The notes under the pieces were generated by a model. It ran no database searches. It saw nothing but the letters and a program-made list of their open reading frames with translations, and was not told where the DNA came from. The position numbers and the translations under genes were made by a program. A stretch of 64,000 nt of DNA from Raja brachyura (Eukaryota): positions 34,286,001-34,350,000 of the forward strand of contig OY740786.1 in assembly GCA_963514005.1 (NCBI GenBank). Reading direction: 5' to 3'. Positions 47,921 through 62,675 of the stretch are shown here, piece after piece. How positions within the stretch are numbered: position 1 is the stretch's first letter; the number at the start of each line of letters is the position of its first letter.

Positions 47921-50490
47921 GGGTGGAGAACACTCAAGGGATATGTCCCTCTCCTTGTGTTTTCCACAGCCACCTTTTCTAATGTGTGCTGGCTGTCATG
48001 GAGTTCTTTAAGGCCCTGCCATACTTTGCATGGTTACCAGTGACAAAGGAAAGGCAGCTTTGAACTTTCCAGACAATTGCGTTTGAGATCTGTGCCATCC
48101 TGAGCATTCAGGTGGAGAAACACCCAAACAATGTTTCAAAGATAAATTTCTGCAAGCTTACAAACATTTGGGGTGTTCCCCTACGTGGGTTTAGGGCTAA
48201 CACAGCAATGTACCCAATAAGGGTGGATCCAACAACTAGTCAATTTATAACTACTGGGTCAAATCATAAACACAAATAAAATGTGTTGGAAGGAACAGCA
48301 GGTGCTGGTTTACAGACACAACATGCTGGAATAAATGAGCGGTTCACGCAGCATCTCTGGAAGAAGAGTCTGAAGAAAGGTCTCGCCCCAAAACGTCACC
48401 TATTCCTTTTCTCCAGTGATGCTGCCTGATCTGTTGAGTTACTCCAGCATTTTGTGCCTATCTTCAACACACTAAAATGTCCGGTTCACTAATATTTTAG
48501 ATCAACCATTGAACAACTGTCGCACTCACAAAGGCTTTGACAGAACATACCATTTGCATTCTTCTTTGCAAGTGCACCGCCTCTGACTGCCTTCTCAACC
48601 CCCATCAATAATGCCAGAACAAAGTCACATTAACAAGCACCAAGGGAGTTGTGATCTAACTGTTGCAGCATATCAACACTTCAAACAGCAAAATAAAGTG
48701 GTAAATGGGGTGGTTTGTAAAGGCTGACTACATATGCATACACTCCTCCGATATTGTGCTTTGATGTCTGAAGGAATAACTTGAGGATTACACAAAAAGC
48801 TGGAGAAACTCAGCGGGTGCAGCAGCATCTAAGGAGTGATGGAGATAGGCGACGTTTCGGGTCGAGACCCTTCCTCATAACTTGAGGAATCAGGCACACA
48901 TTCCTCATACAAATGTGTTCCTCTTTCCATGGATGGGGAGACGTGATGTACAATTATTAAGACCCAAGCAGAACTGTTGGGATCAAACATAAAAAATCTA
49001 TGGCTTAATTGCAGACAGAGAGACGAAAGAGTGGAAAGTAATATTTAATTCTATTAATTGTGCCAACGAGGATTAGCTTCTGCGGTGAGAGACATTATAA
49101 ACCAGCAAATATTTTATACATTTTTTTAATCAAACACTTAAATCATATTATTAGGTCATTATCTCAGTTTTACTTCAGAACTTACTTTTTCATTCAACAC
49201 AACTTACATTCTTGTACTTAATATGAATGTGCCTAATATACAGTAGGATTGTCGCTGAACTGTGCGCAAGAAATGTATTTCTCTGTACTTAGTTACCTGT
49301 AACCATAAAGTAACATTGATCCCTCAGACAACTGCAGCTCATTGCTCCAATCTAGGCATGTGAATAATATGGTCAGTCGCTGCCTCAAAAAGGCTGCCAG
49401 CATCATCAAGGATCCACACCATCCTGGCCATTCACTTATCTCCCCGCTGCCTTCAGGTAGAAGGTACAGAAGCCTGAAATCTGCAACATCCAGGTTCAGG
49501 AACAGGCTCTTCCCCACAGCCATCAGGCTATTAAACTCAACTAAAACAAACTCTGGTCATTAATAGCCCATTGCACTTAATCTGTTTATTTATGTGTGTA
49601 TATATATCTATATTCATTTGTATATGGTCACACTGATCTGTTCTGTTCTGTATTTATTTATGCCTACTATATTCTGTTGTGCTGAAGCAAAGCAATAATT
49701 CATTTGTTATATCTGGGACACATGACAATAAACTCTCATGAATCTTGAATCTTGAAGAAGGATCTCCACCCGAAATGCCACTCATTCCTTGTCGCCAGAG
49801 ATGCTGCCTGTCCCGCTGAGTTACTCCAACATTTTGTGTCTATCTTCGTTTTAAACCACCATCTGCAGTTCCTTCTTACACATAATATGGTCATTAGAGT
49901 CTGCTTTAAAGCAGGAGTATCTGGAGTCTGGGACTAGTCGGACAAATGGAAATCCCCAAGGGTGGCCGAGAGGGAGGTCAGAACCTTGGTGCGGTTTAAG
50001 TGGAGGGGGATGTGGGGGGGGGGGGATTCCTGGAAAAGAGTGGAAAGGGAAGCTAGAAATCCCAGGAGCAGGAGCAGGTTCAACAATCTAAGTAACGGAG
50101 TATTTCACAATCAAGCCTCTACCGCAGGGTTTTAGCAAGATGTTTATTGGTGGTAAGGGAGGTGGGAATGTGAGGATGTTGGTTTCAAAATAAAATGAAA
50201 ATATCTTCCTCTTCTTAAACTGTGTAGTCCAACTGTGCATCTGAGTAACCTGGGAGTGATGCGTGCATGCAAACAATTGATAGGCAGAAAGACAATATAA
50301 ATGAAATGAAAGGATTTTGGACAAGGTGAAATACCACGCACGAATGTATGGCAAAGCAAATATTTCATGTTCAAATACTGTCCACTGGAAGCTGGGCTGA
50401 AAACGTAATTGCATTGGACTTTGCTAAAATTCCCCATTACATCAGTATTACAATGGTGCCCCAACAAGTCCATTATTTCAACCCACTTAC

Positions 50491-51016
50491 CTTTCATTGG
50501 AGTCCGCCCGTCCTCCAGCATTGGGAGTACGATGGTCGAATTCCTCTGTGACCTCATGGCTGTGTATACCACAGGAACAGATTGTACAACCACTGGAATG
50601 CGGTGCAGTTTGTTGGACGGAAAGTTCATTGCATTTGAAGGTGGCATCGGGTGGATTATGTGCAAGTACTGTTGGCCCCCGACACCTGGCGAAGATGTCA
50701 CAACGGAGCCCGGCGCTAATACTGTAGACATGCCTGTCGATGAAGTCACTGAGGTTATCACAGTTGGGGATGAAGTCAATCGAGGAGCACAAGAGGATAT
50801 CTGAGGGATTGAGGTTATTGTCATTGAGCTGGGAGAGGAACGTGATGATGATACAGCTGTTGGTGATGTCCGGGCTTTGTTAATGGACAAGTCCACTGGC
50901 TCAGTTTGTGTTTGATATTGATCAGTGGATAACAAGACCTCTGGAGGCCCAGCTTTCACATTGTTAAGCAAAATAGGTACAGCTTCCATATCTGAAAAGT
51001 TAGGGGCTTGCGGAGA
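50491..51016 (-). CDS. KLF12: Internal coding exon of Kruppel-like factor 12 (N-terminal repression domain)
   Basis: Translation SPQAPNFSDMEAVPILLNNVK...QTQTEPVDLSINKARTSPTAVSSS...GVGGQQYLHIIHP...HRIPVVVQSVPVVYTA...LEDGR matches the KLF12 N-terminal region as I recall it, including the PVDLS CtBP motif. On the minus strand the acceptor is ttttattttaacAG (AG at 51018-51017) and the donor is aaag|GTaagt (GT at 50490-50489). Length 526 bp, phase 0 to phase 1. The ORF-track extension beyond 50491 is intron read-through. Confidence 0.93.
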
Positions 51017-54000
51017 CTGTTAAAATAAAACACAAATAAATATCACTGAGCATTTCATACTAAACCAAATGCAGAAATAAAAATGCCGCATTGCAATATA
51101 TCTAAAAGATCACATACATTGGCTTGAATTTGTGAAACACTTTGATTGAAGCTGAAAAGATAAAAGTAATCTTTGCTATTCAGTTTAAGCCATTTTAATC
51201 AAGAACATAAAGCTAACAAATTCCAACATTCAACAGAGTTAGTCCAAAGTTCATAGATCTTTTCAAATGAATGGATAAATGATTAAAATTAGTTAATTTA
51301 GTTTTAAAATCCATCCTGTTCTCACTTACAAAGCTTGGGCTAGGTTGTGATAGGAGTTATCTGATCCTCTGACTAAAAAACTAAAGATACATTTTATCAA
51401 AAATTGCCTCGGGTTGTTGTGTTTTTATGGTTAAAGAACAATAATGCAACAGCCAGAGTTTTGGTCAAAGAATACCCACCCTTTTGGGTCATTCAAATTC
51501 CAAAACAAGAACAAAATATGGTTTGGCGCGATGGCTCAGCGGTAGAGACACTGCCTTATAGCGCCAGAGACCCGGGTTCGATCCCGACTACAGGTGCTGT
51601 CTGTACAGAATTGCACATTCTCACCGGGACCTGCATGGGTTTTCTCCGAGAGCTCTGGTTACCTTGCACACTCCAAGCTAATAGTTTGGTTAAATTGTAA
51701 ATTGTCCCTAGTAAGTGTAGGATAGTGTCAGTGTGCGGTGATTGCTGGTCAGCGCGGACCATGTTGGTTGAAGAGGCCTGTTGCTGCGCTATATCTCTAA
51801 ACTAAACTAAACATTGCTCATTGCTTATCTTCGATCTGAACCCAGTTAGTAAACTCATTAACACCAGGGTTTTCCACTGGGTGATTAGGAACTCATCCAT
51901 AGCTGAACACAATTAATTAAATATTCCCATCACCAGGTAGTCCATTATCTAACTTGTACTAACAAAATGTATCAAGGCTGTAACTACAGTAGAGCCCGTT
52001 ACTCATCTTAGTAACTGTTTGATAAGCTGGGGCAGTTGGTGGCATTTCACTATAGAATACCAAAACAAAAAACACACTTGTTCAAATGCAGATATGCACA
52101 CAAAGCCTTTTATGAGATTGTACGCATGTACTTTTGCTATTGATTATGCTGGTTTCTGTTGTTAAATTTAGACAAACTTTTAAAAATATTCAGTGAGATG
52201 TATCCTAGCACATCCCTTGCCTGTAGGTGTGTTATGGGTGAAAGCATTTGTAAATTGAAACAGCAAGAAATTCCTGAGACCCCTTTTTCTTCTACTTTTG
52301 TGGACATTTTAGCTCAAGCCTGTGAAATAGTTGAAACGTGAACTATATGCACTGTCGAATCATTAAACTGTAATTAAAACAACGGTGTTGATATTTATGA
52401 GGAAAATGAGACTATTCATGCAACAAAAAAAAAATCATCTTCCTCCTAGTCTTTATATTACAACAATTGAATAAATAATGAGGTGGAACTCCTAAGGATT
52501 CATTAATTTTTTGAAGATTTAAATTAATGATTGACAGGGCTGTGTGCACAATCTTCCATCAATGATTTTTCCCATTTGACATTATTGGGATAGTTAAAAG
52601 CCAACAAGTGTTTCACCGAACTGCCAACCTTACAAAGTGGTGATCACTCCAACACAGATGGTGGGGAGAAGCACAGATAAAATCAAATTGTCCCTGAATC
52701 TATTAACTGAGTGTTGTTCATAATTCAATTCTGTAAGAGTCAGCCTCAGTGATTCCTTCAAGACAACCTGGCAAACGATGTCACCGTTCAAATATCAACT
52801 ACTTAACTTAATTAAACCATTCCTCAAGTTCTACATGGATGGAATAAGACAAATGATTAAGATTTGTCGCAGCTGTTGGGAGACGATTTTTAAAGCGGTT
52901 GCAAGGAGAGACCTCGAATGAGTTTTTATGAGCATTATGTGTGTGTGATTCCTATCTGCTTAAATACACGTTATTTTACAAATTATTGATTGGAATTTAG
53001 TCCTTTAATAACAGTTTATCCCAATTCAACAATTCCTTCAGTACATGGTCTTCAACATGATTTATTTTCAAAGGCCAACTCCCCCCCTCACCTTCCCACA
53101 ATCAACCTGAAGAAGGGAATCCAAACCGACAAGTCAACTATCCATGTTATCCAGAGATGCTGCCTGACGCACTGAGTTACTCCAGCACTTTGTGTCCTTC
53201 TGCGCAAACCAGCATCTACAGTTGCTTGACTTTATTGGCTCCAGGAACATAATGAAAAATGCAGAAAAAAGGGATTAGGAAGCAAAGATCAGCCATGATT
53301 GAATGGCGGAGTGGGCTCAGTGGGCTGAATCACTTAATTCTACTCCTATAAGTTGTGAACTTGTAATTATTTTTAAGCTACCTCATGCCCACTTTGAATA
53401 CTTCCCTGTGTTGACCAATTTGATGGTTGGGAGGTACAGCCACAAACTCAGGTGCAGGATTCAGAAGCGACATATTCATTTCCTGGGTTCATACCAAGTT
53501 TGTTACTCTAAGGTAGAGGCAGTAGTTAGAATGGATGACATTATTCAACACTAAGGATGTTATCATAAAGGTATCAAAAGCCACTCTATAGCAATCTCTT
53601 CTTGGAAGTTGGCGCCCGATCCAACTGCACAATTCATCCTTGGTTACAAAAGGATACAAAGTGCTGGAGTAACTCGGCCGGTCAGGCTGCATTAGTTTAA
53701 TTATTGGGTGGCGTACGATAAATAATTAAGTAAATTAAATTATATCAAGTGTACGAACAGCGATATGCTATAGGTAATTTTAGAACTTGGATGTTTCTGA
53801 CTTTGAGAATTCGGCTTACGAACAGTTGTCCGGGACAGGATCCTAGCATAACACAAGGACTGCCAACATCACAGAGACACTGTGAGTCACTATAAATCAG
53901 TGAATAGAAAATCACAAGGATATTCTTAATTAGGGCAATCCACCCCAAAAAGCAGGGTGACATGGGTGAATATATCGGAGGAATTATATGTTTTGAGCCT

Positions 54001-54254
54001 ATAACCGAGGACATGAATTAAAGGGCGGAAAAACACTGCATGGTTTAAGGGTGAAGAAAAGGTATGAACATTTCAGGGCAGTAGCAACACAGGAAAATAA
54101 TATTCAAGAGAGAATCAAAAATGCTGAACTGACATCAACAATTTAGCAAGATTCTTGGATGTAGAACATCCTGAGAAAGTGGCAGCTTTATGTTAATCAC
54201 ATTACAAAGGTCATGATGCCAGATGACCTCAGCGATAGCACTCTTATCTCCAAT

Positions 54255-55378
54255 ATAACCATATAACCATATAACAATTACAGCACGGAAACAGGCCTTC
54301 TCGGCCCTTCCAGTCCATGCCGACCATTCATTTTCCTCTAGTCCCATCTACCTGCACTCAGACCATACCCCTCCATTCCCTTCCCGTCCATATACCTATC
54401 CACTTTTAAATGTTAAAATCGATCCTGCCTCCACCACTTCTGCAGGAAGATCATTCCACAAAGCCACCACTCTCTGAGTAAAGAAGTTCCCCCTCATGTT
54501 ACCCCTAAACTTATGTCCCTTAATTCTCATGTCATGCCCTCTTGTTTGAATCTTCCCTACCCTCAATGGGAAAAGCTTATCCATGTCAACTCTGTCTATC
54601 CCTTTCATCATTTTAAAGACCTCAATCAAGTCCCCCCTTAACCTTCTGCACTCCAAAGAATAAAGACCTAACTTGTTCAACCTTTCTCTGTAACTTAGTT
54701 GCTGGAACCCAGGCAACATTCTAGTAAATCTCCTCTTTACTCTCTCTATTTTGTTGACATCCTTCCTATAATTAGGCGACCATAATTGTACACCATACTC
54801 CAGAATTGGTCCTACCAATGCCTTGTACAATTTTAACATTACTTCCCTACTCCTATATTCAATGCTCTGATTTATAAAGGCCAGCACACCAAAAGCTTTC
54901 TTTACCACCCTATCTACATGCGATTCCACCTTCAGGGAACTATGCACAGTTATTCCTAGATCCCTCTGTTCCACAGCATTCCTCAATTCCCTACCATTTA
55001 CCATGTACATCCTATTTTGATTTGTCCTGCCAAGGTGTAGCACCTCACACTTATCAGCATTAAACTCCATCTGCCATCTTTCAGCCCACTCGTCCAAATG
55101 GCCCAAATCTCTCTGTAGACTTTGAAAATCTACTTCATTATCCACAGCACCCCCTATCTTAGTATCATCTGCATACTTACTTATCCAATTTTCCACCCCA
55201 TCATCTAGATCATTGATGTACATGACAAACAACAGTGGACCCAACACCGATCCCTGAGGCACCCCACTGGTCACCGGCTTCCAACCTGACAAACAGCCAT
55301 CCACCATTACTCTCTGGCATCTCCCATTCAGCCACTGTTGAATCCATCTTGCTACTCCGCCATTAACACCCAAAGATT
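54255..55378 (-). mobile_element. CR1 (HER1-like) LINE, 5'-truncated, with open RT C-terminal ORF
   Basis: 325-aa ORF 54396-55373 with SGVPQGSVLGPLLF, KYADDTK, QMEFNADKC and RGDLIEVFK. The 3' tandem tail reads (ataaccat)n on the plus strand. Confidence 0.9.
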
Positions 55379-58300
55379 GAATATAGAAGATGGTGGGTTA
55401 AAATCTCATTTTAGACCCTAGAAAACCAAAAATGAAGTTGATTTCCAGCACAGCGTTGCTCTATGAGAGGTGCAGGAGTAGGCCATTCGGCTCATCGAGC
55501 CTACACCGCCATTCAATATGATCATGGGTGATCATCTAAAATCTGTACACCATTCCTGCTTTTCCCCCATATCCCTTGATTCCTTTAGCCCCAAGAGCTA
55601 AATCTAACTCGCTCTTGAAGGTGAGAAATTAAAGTGAAGCCTCCAATGGCCTGTAAATGCATGTCACTCTTGCGAAATGTGTGCTACGTTATACTACGTA
55701 CATTGATATCAGGACAAAGAAGGTTACTGCTAATTTTCATGTAACTGTGGTTTTGCTATTTCTCCCATTTTGCTCATTTTAACAGACACTATAATTTGAA
55801 TGTACTTAAATAGTTATAAATCAATTTCAACGTCCGAAGATTGCAAATGTACTACACTAATGATGTACTTACTTTTTAGGATGTTAGTTTTGCTGCTAGC
55901 AGCAATATCCACGTGACTTCAGATGGCAAGAGTGAAATCAGCCACTGCTCGACCTCTTATCGGGAATGGCAGAAATAGCAAAGCCACGCAAACATGAAAA
56001 TCAGCAGTAATCTATTTATCAGGTCAGTGCTAACTCTGTTTGTAAAGAAAAGCTTGAAAAACATTGAGAGTTTAGTATTAATCTCAGGCACTTAATAACA
56101 AGTATATTATGTTTTGAGATTTGCACATTGTATCTTATGGATGTATACACAATGCTCTGCTTTTAAAGACTTAAACGGCAATGTGATATCCGTATAAACA
56201 CACACAAACATATAAAGATGTGTCTATCTATCTAAACATATATAAAACTATTAAGAGCCTGTAAAGTGTCAGCTATTCTCTTACATGGATGAAGTAGGAT
56301 ACTGGTGGCTTGCAGCTGAACCCAAGATCCACACTCAGTCATTTACTAATCATCCTTACCGCCAACAACAGTATTGATCTGCCTATTAATTTTTATAAAG
56401 CAAAGCAACAATGTATTTCATTAAAGGCATCATCAAAAATTGGCAACAGAGAGAAGGACATACAGGCGGGAATCTTTCGCTATTTATTATGGAATTTCAT
56501 GGAGCATTTTAAAGGAAGAAAGAGGTTGTAGGCTTGGAGAAGAATTACCAAAGCCTAGTAGCTTGGCAGTCAAAGGTACTGTCCCAGTGGTGGAGTGATT
56601 ACATTATGGGGGATGATTATGAGGTCTGAATTTGAATAGCACCGATGCATTGGTGCTGTGGAGTTGCTGGAGAACGGGATAGGCAAGATTAACAATGGAT
56701 CTGAGAATAAAGGGGATCCACTACTTGAACCATTTACCATCACAAACCTCATAGTGAATCTTTTAGCCTCTCTACTTAAGTGGGATGTCAATTATATTGA
56801 AGTTTCAGAAGGATAGAGGAGGAAAATTAATAATAAAACTGCAGCCATATTGGAGTTAGCTGATGAATGTACAGGATAAATGCACTGAAAAGGTTTATTA
56901 AAACTTCATAAAGATCTAGTACTTACATAAAAATAGACATCGGAATAACTGCAATCCACTTTTGTTATATAAAGGCTATTAAGGAATAATTTGCCATTCC
57001 TAAAATTGTACTGATTTCTTTAGGCTGATGTTAAATACAACATTGAACGTTGTGAAGAAGGATCCTGACCCAAAACAACACCTATCCATGTTCTCTGGGA
57101 TGCTGCCTGACCCGCTGAGTTTCTCCAGTACCGTAGGTCTTATTTTATAAACCAGCATCTGTAGTTCCTTGTTGCTACATTGAACAGTATGGCACAGAAA
57201 CAGGGCCTTTGACCCATGACATCTGTGCCAATAATGATTCCTACTTAAACTAAACCCTTCTACAAGCACGTGGTCCATATCCCTCTATTCACTATACATT
57301 CATGTGCTTAATTAGAACTAAATTAAATTCATTTGTTGTAGGAGTAGAATCAGGCCAGTCAGCCCATCAAGTCTACTCCACCATTCAATCATTGCTGATC
57401 TGCCTTACGCTCTCAACCCCATTCTCCTGCCTTCTCCCCATAGCCCCTGCCACATGAATCTGTCAAACTCCAATTTAAAATTACCCATTGACTTGGCCTC
57501 CACAGCTTTCTGTGGCAATTAATTCCACAGATTCACCACCCTCTGACTTAAGAAATTCCTGCTCATCTCCTTTCTAAAGATCCATCCTTTTATTCTGAAG
57601 CTATGACCTCTGGTCCCAGACTCTCCCATGAATGGAAACATTCTGTCCACATTCACTCTATCCATACCTTTCACTATTCTTTAAGTCACTTTATGTGAGA
57701 AAGAATTTCCCACTATTATTACAGAAGGCAGGTGTGGAAGGTTTGTCTTCACATTATATTCAACTAGATTTTCTTCCTGCTTCAACTCGATTTTCTTCCT
57801 ACTTCTGCCTGGAGCTGTAACATCAACCACAATGATGTTCTTTGACAGATCAGTAATGGCTCACATCTGTGGCTGTCTTCTGGATAATATAGACTCTTTA
57901 CATTTGCAGATATGAAAATTAGGTCTACAGAGGATGCCATCTCCCTTGCAGTATATCCAGCTCTTACAATAAGAACATAGAACACAAAACAGTACAGCTC
58001 ACGAACAGGCCCTTCAGCGCATAATGTTTGTGTTGAACATGATGCCCAGTTAAACTGATCTCATCTGCCTGCACATGATCCATATCCCTCTATTCCCTGC
58101 ACTTCCATGTGCTTTTCCATTTGCCTATCTAAAAGCCTCTTAAACACCTCTATCATATCTACCTCCACCACCACCCCTGGCAATGTGTTCCAAGCCACCA
58201 CCACTCTCTGTGTAAATAACGTGCCCTGCATATCACAATCATTTCTCCCTCTCACATAATAGCTATGCCGTCTAGTGTTGGACATTTCTACCCTGGGGCA

Positions 58301-59901
58301 AAAAGTTCTGACTGTCTACCCTATCTATACCTCCAATAATTTGATATACCTCAATCAAATTTTTCCCTTAACCTCTGACGTTCCTACGACAAAGTGGGGA
58401 GGGTGAGGGTGAGGGGGAGGGGAGGGGGGGGGGGATGGGTAAATACAATCCCGTCCTCTTCAATGGTGCTGCTGTATTGAGGGTCAACAGCTTCAAGTAT
58501 TTTTTTGACATCCACATCACCAGCTATCTTCACACTGATGCCGTGATCAAGAAAGCACTCCCGCAGATTTACTTTCTTAGGTGTGTTCGCGAGGATCCTG
58601 TTGGACTTCTACAGATGCACTATGTGGATGGGATGCATCTGTCTGATGTAGTAACCGCATTATTCTTGACCGCCTGAACTTGAAAAGAGTATTGAATGTT
58701 GCCGAGCCCATCGCAGACTCATCAGTTCCTTTCATCCAGTTCATCCTCACATTGCATCAGGAAGGCTGGAAGTATCATCAAGCATGCCTGTCACCCTGGC
58801 CATTCTCTTTTCTCTATTCTACCATTTGGGAGAAGATACAGGAGCTTGAAAGTCTGGATTTCCAGAATTAAGAACAGCTTCTTCCCCACTGCCAAGAAAC
58901 TCCTGAATCAATGAACTCTTTCACACTCCCTTTCTGGAGGTGCTGCCACGTTCTCTTACTCTTTACTCCACTTCATTTGGTTATTCCATTATTGCACTAA
59001 TTCGGTATGCACTACAGTCATTGACCCATTCTGTTGTCTTGCACTCATTGTATTTATTGTGTACTCATTGTATTTATTGTGTACTCTATGAGCTTCATGA
59101 GAACTAGAACTATCATTGCGCCCTGGCGTATATGACAATAAACTAGAGACACAAGGAACTGCAGATGCTGGTTTACAAACAAAACCACAAGATGCTGGAA
59201 TAACTCAGCAGGTCCAGAACAAGGGGTCACAGTCTAAGGATAAGGGGGAATTCCTTTAGGACCGAAATGAGGAAAAAATTCTTTACACAGAGAGTGGTGA
59301 GTCTCTGGAATTCTCTGCCACAGAAGGTAGTTGAGGCCAGTTCATTGGCTATATTTAAGAGGGCGTTAGATGTGGCACTTGTGGCTAAAGGGATCAGGGG
59401 GTATGGAGAGAAGGCAGGTATGGGATACTGAGTTGGATGATCAGCCATGATCACATTGAATGGCGGTGCAGGCTCGAAGGGCCGAATGGCCTACTCCTGC
59501 ACCTATTTTCTATGTTTTCTATGTTTCTATGTCAGACATCATCTCTGGAAAACATAGATATGTGACGTTTCAAGCGGTGAATCTTCAGACTGATTACGGT
59601 GGGAGGCGGAAGAAACCTGGAAGAGAGAAGGGGCAGGACATAGCCTGGCGAGTGACAGGTGAATACAGGTGAGGGAATTTCTTGACAGTTGGAGCCAGAG
59701 ATGAAAAGAGAAAAGGTGTGAAATAATGATAGAAGAACAAATTGTGAAGCCAGAGGAAGGAATATAGGTGGAAATGGAGGGGTAAGGGAAGAAATGAGTG
59801 TGTGTCCAGGTGGGAGACAGGGAAGAAGGGAAAAAAAAACAAATAAACCAATTTGAATCTGAACGAAATGAGACCACTGCACCTGTCAGTATTAGAAGGA
59901 A

Positions 59902-60124
59902 GATAGGCACAAAAAGCTGGAGTTACTCAATGGGACAAGCAGAATCTCTGGAGAGAAGGAATGGGTGACATTTCAGGTCAAGACCCTTCTTCAGACTGAA
60001 GAAGTGTCTCGACCTGAAATGCCACCCATTCCTTCTCTTCAGAGATGCTGCTTGTTCCGCTGAGTTACTTCAGCTTTTTGTGTCTATCTTCGGTTTAACA
60101 CCAGCATCTGCAGTTCCTTCCTAA
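59902..60124. mobile_element. Palindromic Penelope-derived mini-element
   Basis: Inverted arms meet at cttcagactgaag; 14-bp TSD AGTATTAGAAGGAA at 59888-59901 and 60125-60138. Confidence 0.8.
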
Positions 60125-60825
60125 AGTATTAGAAGGAATTTGGCAGGCTATAAATAGTAAAGAATGCCCAGAAATTCCTACTTAGCTTTGCTTCCAACAA
60201 AGTAATTAATGTGCCACACTATTCAAAATAATGTTTTACACTAATGTCTGGTGGGGGTAACATTTAAGATTCTTGCACCAACTAGGGATGATGTGACTTT
60301 AAGACCGCTGCAGCAACATCCCCTGGTTTAAGAGATTACAAATGATTATTCTCTATCCCAAGTAAAATTAGTTTCTTATCAAAGATGCAATATTGATGAG
60401 CCCAGTGACATTCTAAACTGAGGCGCTATATCTCATTCTCAGAAAGCAATCAGGATTATACATTCCCATTTTCAAGCAGAGGCTGACTCACGTTTTTGTT
60501 CAGCCATTCCAATTAGCCTGCAGGCAGCCAGCAAAGTCATTCGGTGCAAGGAATGAGACTACTAATGAGGCTGGTGTGGTACGACAAAGCAAATAATATA
60601 ATGAACTAGAAATTTATCCTTCAGTTGTCTGTGCTAAATGTGCAACATAACTGGAATTGTGAACAATGCTCCGATTCCATTGCAGTGAATAGATCCTGAA
60701 GTTTGGAAAGAATAAAAATTGTGCATGCTACTTTATCCTAAAAAAAGCACACAGTGCAGGAGTAACTCAGCAAGTCACATGAAAGTAGGTGTGCAGGTAC
60801 ATCAGACAGTGAAGAAAGCAACTGG

Positions 60826-61082
60826 CATATAACCATATAATAACATATAACAATTACAGCACGGAAACAGGCCTTCTCAGCCCTTCCAGTCCGTGCCGAC
60901 CATTTATTTTCCCCTAGTCCCATCTACCTGCACTCAAACCATACCCCTCCATTCCCTTCCCGTCCATATACTTATCCACTTTACTTTCAAATGTTAAAAT
61001 CGATCCTGCCTCCACCATTCTGCAGGAAGATCATTCCACACAGCCACCACTCTCTGAGTAAACAAGTTCCCCCTCATGTTAC
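60826..61082 (-). mobile_element. CR1 3' end, same subfamily as 54255-55378
   Basis: Highly similar to 54255-54520, including the tail. Confidence 0.85.
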
Positions 61083-61084
61083 CC

Positions 61085-61710
61085 CTAAACTTCTCTCCCT
61101 TAAGGCATGTTGGCCTTCATAGAGAGAGGATTTGAGTATAGGATCAAGGAGGTCCTACTGCAGTTGTACAGGGCCCTGGTGAGACCACACTTGGAGTGTG
61201 CAGTTTTGGTCTCCTAATTTGAGGAAGGGCATTCTTGCTATTGAGGGAGTGCAGCATAGGTTCACCAGGTTAATTCCCGGGATGGAGGGATTGACATAGG
61301 ATGAAAGAATGGATCGACTGGGCTTATATTCACTGGAATTTAGAAGGATGATAGGATATCTTATAGAAAAATATAAAATTCTGAAGGGATTGCCAAACTA
61401 GATTCAGGAAAAATGTTCCCGATGTTAGTGGAGTCCTGAACCAGGGGTCACAGTTTAAAAATAAGGGATAGGCCAAGTAGGATTGAGATGAGGAAAAGCT
61501 TTTTCACCCAGAGAGTTGTGAATCTGTGGAAATCTCTGTCACAGAAGGCAGTGGTGGACGATTTGCTGGATGTTATCAAGATATATAGCTCTTAGGGCTA
61601 ACAGAATCAAGAGATACGGGGAGAAAGCAGGAATGTGTACTGATTTTGGATGATCATATTCAATATTGACGGGCTGAATGGCCTACTCCTGCACCTATTT
61701 TCTATCATTC
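61085..61710 (+). mobile_element. CR1 LINE 3' fragment (degenerate)
   Basis: Similar to 8505-9025 at the nucleotide level. Confidence 0.8.
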
Positions 61711-62494
61711 TATTAGGTCAGGCAGAATGTATGTGAAAAGAAATAAAATAGCTGTTTCAGGTTGGAGGCCATTCGGCAGAACGATAAAGGAGACCAAAGA
61801 TGCTTGTAAAGCAGTAGGGAGAGGAGTTAATGTCACACATGCACATTTCAGCCGGACCAAAAAATTAAGTGGGAGTGGTAGAATTGACTGGACTCCAGAG
61901 GGCTGCAACATGCCCATATAGAAGATGAGGTGATGATTCTTAATCTTATGTTGCAGCTAGTTGCAAAAGTACAGGGGAGCACAGACTGATAGATCAGAGT
62001 GGGAGTGGGATGGGGAATGAAAAATACAGGCAACGGAAAGCAGAGAATCACCCCAAAAAGTCACCCATTCCTTCTATCCAGAGATGCTGCCTGTGCCGCT
62101 GAGGTACTCCAGCATTTTGTGCCTATCTTCAGTGAAAAGCTTCTGCAGTTCCTTCCCACACATTTAATGTATTCTGTTTTTGACAATAGACAATAGACAA
62201 TAGACAATAGATGCAGGAGTAGGTCATTTGGCCCTTCGAGTCAGCACCGCCATTCAATGTGATCATGGCTGATCATCCCCAATCAGTACCCCGTTCCTGC
62301 CATCTCTCTATATCCCCTGACTCTGCTATTTTTAAGAGCCCTATCTAGCTCTCTCTTGAAACCATCCAGAGAACCTACCTCCACCGCCCTCTGAGGCAGA
62401 GAATTCCACAGACTTACCACTCTCTGTGAGAAAAAGTGTTTACTCGTCTCCGTTCTAAATGGCTACTCCTTTGGTTTCTCCAATGTAGAGGAGA

Positions 62495-62675
62495 CCGGTG
62501 CAGAACTCGTTGATTTCATTAACTTCACCACTAACTTCCACCCTGCTCTCAAATTCACTTGGACTATCTCCGACACCTCTCTCCTCTTTACTGACCTGTC
62601 TCCATCACAGGGGACAGACTATCAACTGATGCCTACTACAAATCTAGTGACTCCCACAGTTATCTGGACTACATT
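62495..62675 (+). mobile_element. Penelope-like RT fragment
   Basis: ELVDFINFTTNFHPALKFTWTISDTSL...GDRLSTD.YYK..DSHSYLDY, the PLE RT thumb region. Confidence 0.75.

Noticed and set aside
50144-50490. C-terminal part of the 281-aa ORF (GKWVEIMDLL...)
   Set aside because: It lies past the GTAAGT donor at 50490 and has no KLF similarity, so it is intron read-through.
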